DNA of 63,443 bases, counting the filler, from Collodictyon triciliatum (Eukaryota), in the NCBI GenBank assembly GCA_043381765.1. It is 26 parts of 26 records of this genome, joined end to end, with 100 filler letters (N's around TTAATTAATTAA, not from the genome) between each part and the next. Parts side by side here need not be neighbours in the genome. Positions count along the whole stretch, not along the records: positions 61,109 to 63,443 come from JBHJMP010009075.1; 25 more parts are not named here. One strand, written 5' to 3'. The notes under the pieces are model-generated. The model ran no database searches. It saw only the letters and a program-made list of their open reading frames with translations, and had not been told where the DNA came from. Every line of letters begins with the position of its first letter. The stretch's first letter is position 1. This document shows positions 61,130-63,443 of this stretch, piece by piece. Position numbers and translations under genes: made by a program.

Positions 61130-63340
61130 CAGTTGTGCATATCTTGTGAGCCTTAAATCTAATTTTACGAATATTAGTGTTATAACACCTATGACAGAAT
61201 AATAAAACGTACCTGTCAATTTCTTCGCTGATGTACCTGTCATATAAAACCAAGTTGTATCAGAATTATTTTCGATTTTTTTTGAAATTTTATTAGATTC
61301 ATTTAATACAATTATTACTCGAATTTTTCGTCAATTTCGTCCCTTAAATTAGATATGTTCTCTCGAATATTATTGGTAATGACTATTTCTATCAGAATTA
61401 CACAACAAGCTTCCGATTCAAACACCGGATTATCATTGTGTTCTCGGACAATCATATTTATCACAGGCCTGTGGATAATACTTAGTCTCTTTGATTTTTT
61501 TCATAATCATTTAATGTAATAAAGCGAAAGAAATCATTTGATATTTGATAATCACATACTTTGGATAGAGATTCGATAGGAGTTTTCTAGTTCTCTTCCT
61601 GGATTCTGACAGTCTATTCTTGAAGTGATTCATTTTTTCCTGGTAGTAAAACGAGCTATTTTGCTTATTATCAGAAATTGGAAATGATATTAAACTGAAA
61701 GTAATTTATTAACCTTCTTCTTTGCCTTTCTAAGTCTCTTAAAAGAAAAACATTAACAAGTGAATTGATGAGCAGTGTGTTCATCGCGCGGTACATGGCG
61801 GAAAAATTGGCCTTATAGACCAGAAATAGTATGAAAGGGAGAATATTCCCAATTATTGTGATCACTATTTGCCATTCAAAGTATCCTGGAAGTGCGACTA
61901 CAAAGACCTTTTCAGATATTTTAGATGTCACAATTATCACTTTTTACAATTTACGGATAAAATGAACAATTTTTTTATTTAAATAGTGACAAACCATTAT
62001 CATAAACTCTATTTCTGCCAAGGTTTTGTCCTTTGTAAAAAATATAATTGCAAATGAAAACAAAACAACAGTGATTAGGAACATTAGCCCGTGGAGTAGA
62101 AAGTAATATCTAGAAAAATAAAAAGTCAGTTCATAATAAAAATGAAAATGAATGAAAATTAATCATCAAATTTTTTATCAAATATATATAATTGAAATTA
62201 AAAATACGTACTGTGGCTTTTCATTAGACTTAATTTGGTAAGAAAAGAAAAACATTAGGGAGAAAACTCCGCAGCATGTTGATACTGTACAGTATAAAAT
62301 CATGCCTGATTCATTCTCTCTGAGCATCCTACGGTTTTGAATAATGTTTTTATTATTCTTTAAAATTTGTACAATATGGTGGGTGATATTGAATGAAATT
62401 ATTTTAACTCTTTCAAAATATAGCTGCAGCGTAATAATGAATTAACAATTACCGATAATATGCCATAGTTGCGGAATACATCGATGCTATAAAGGAAAAA
62501 ACGAGCGCTATCAGCGAAGAAACTCTTGTTAACCCCAATTCGTATTTTTTTTTTCCATTTCCCTATCAATAAACCTGTAAAGCGGAATCAAATAAGTGAA
62601 AATGTAAATGATATAAGGCACCATATCAACTCAAATGTCACCGCATAGTCCTCGCGTTTAATTGGAATATAGGAAATTGGCTTTCTAAGCCATCATTTCT
62701 TTCAATTTCATTGATGATCTCTGCTAGATTCTCATGTCCGTCATGGATTACTGCTCCATTTTCGTCGTGTCCGACCGTTTGATATTGAGAAAGTTCGTCT
62801 GAAAAAGATGAGGAATCAACTGGTTTTTTTCCTTTCAAGGAACGAACATGCATCTGTAGAAGCTTTCCATGTCTCTTGGCTTCTGTATATTGGATTCGGC
62901 TCCCCATGGACGCTACCGACGACTCGCTTTTTGGAGGCATGATTGCCTGTGTCCTTTGCCTTGCCTAAGAATTTTATTAAACACTTTGGTCAGACTCCCA
63001 ATATGCAGCTCCTTTCTATCCCCAAAAAAGTGTGTTATTCATTAGTCTCTGACAGTTTTCCTGTTGCTTGCTCAGAGATGCTGTGGATCGCTCTGCTCAT
63101 GTTGACGTTGTTGAGTTTATGTTTTTGTTCCAATTCATTTTTGTGCTGTTTTTTGTCTTCTGTGCTCGGAAATTTTGTTTTTTAAGTCGAATGACACATT
63201 AGAATTTCTTGTCTCAGTTTTCTATGAAAGTGGATATGTGTGGAAAATAAATTTGCAGAGTGCAAGAAGCATTTCTGATTCTATTGTGGCAGCGGGTGGC
63301 GACATGATCTGTTTTAAATCCTTCACAAGGCCATCCAACT
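61130..63340 (-). CDS. Membrane-bound class III adenylyl/guanylyl cyclase-like protein, internal fragment
   Basis: LNARTMRFIDREMEK, a TM bundle, ERQRRR..RKLLSNLYPKPVI (cyclase coiled-coil), CCVILIEIV, HKICTTG. Confidence 0.7.
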
Positions 63341-63443
63341 TCTCTTCTCTTCTTTTCTCTTCTTTTCTCTTCTTTTCTCTTCTTTTCTCTTCTTTTCTCT
63401 TCTTTTCTCTTCTTTTCTCTTCTTTTCTCTTCTTTTCTCTTCT

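Overview
This is not one contiguous locus. It is 26 unrelated, roughly size-sorted ~2.34-kb contigs joined by 25 artificial 100-nt spacers (N44-TTAATTAATTAA-N44). The source is an AT-rich, intron-rich, microsatellite-rich eukaryote using the standard code, most likely a flagellated protist. Most contigs hold spliced gene fragments: DYNC2LI1, BBS7, dUTPase, a RanBD protein, a heme-peroxidase-like protein, an AMPK/MARK-like kinase, AK9-like, a TKL kinase-cyclase fusion, PP6-like phosphatase, NAP1, ankyrin, PPR, dPGM, HisG, SPC25, Tweety-like and a membrane cyclase. Mobile DNA is abundant: two L1/Tx1-type LINE pieces, one RLE-type non-LTR element, and seven copies of one LINE 3' end, four with target-site duplications. 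The most interesting system is three diverged, degenerate copies of a Fanzor (eukaryotic TnpB-like RuvC nuclease). Each ends in the same ~135-nt structured segment (candidate omegaRNA scaffold) and is followed by copy-specific flanking sequence (candidate guides). Other notable items are a hidden Ser-Gln repeat frame of about 789 codons, a terminally redundant NAP1 contig, a peroxidase with a distal His-to-Asn change, and a PIP-box motif at the end of a LINE-derived frame. All identifications come from manual translation and motif recognition; no searches were run.
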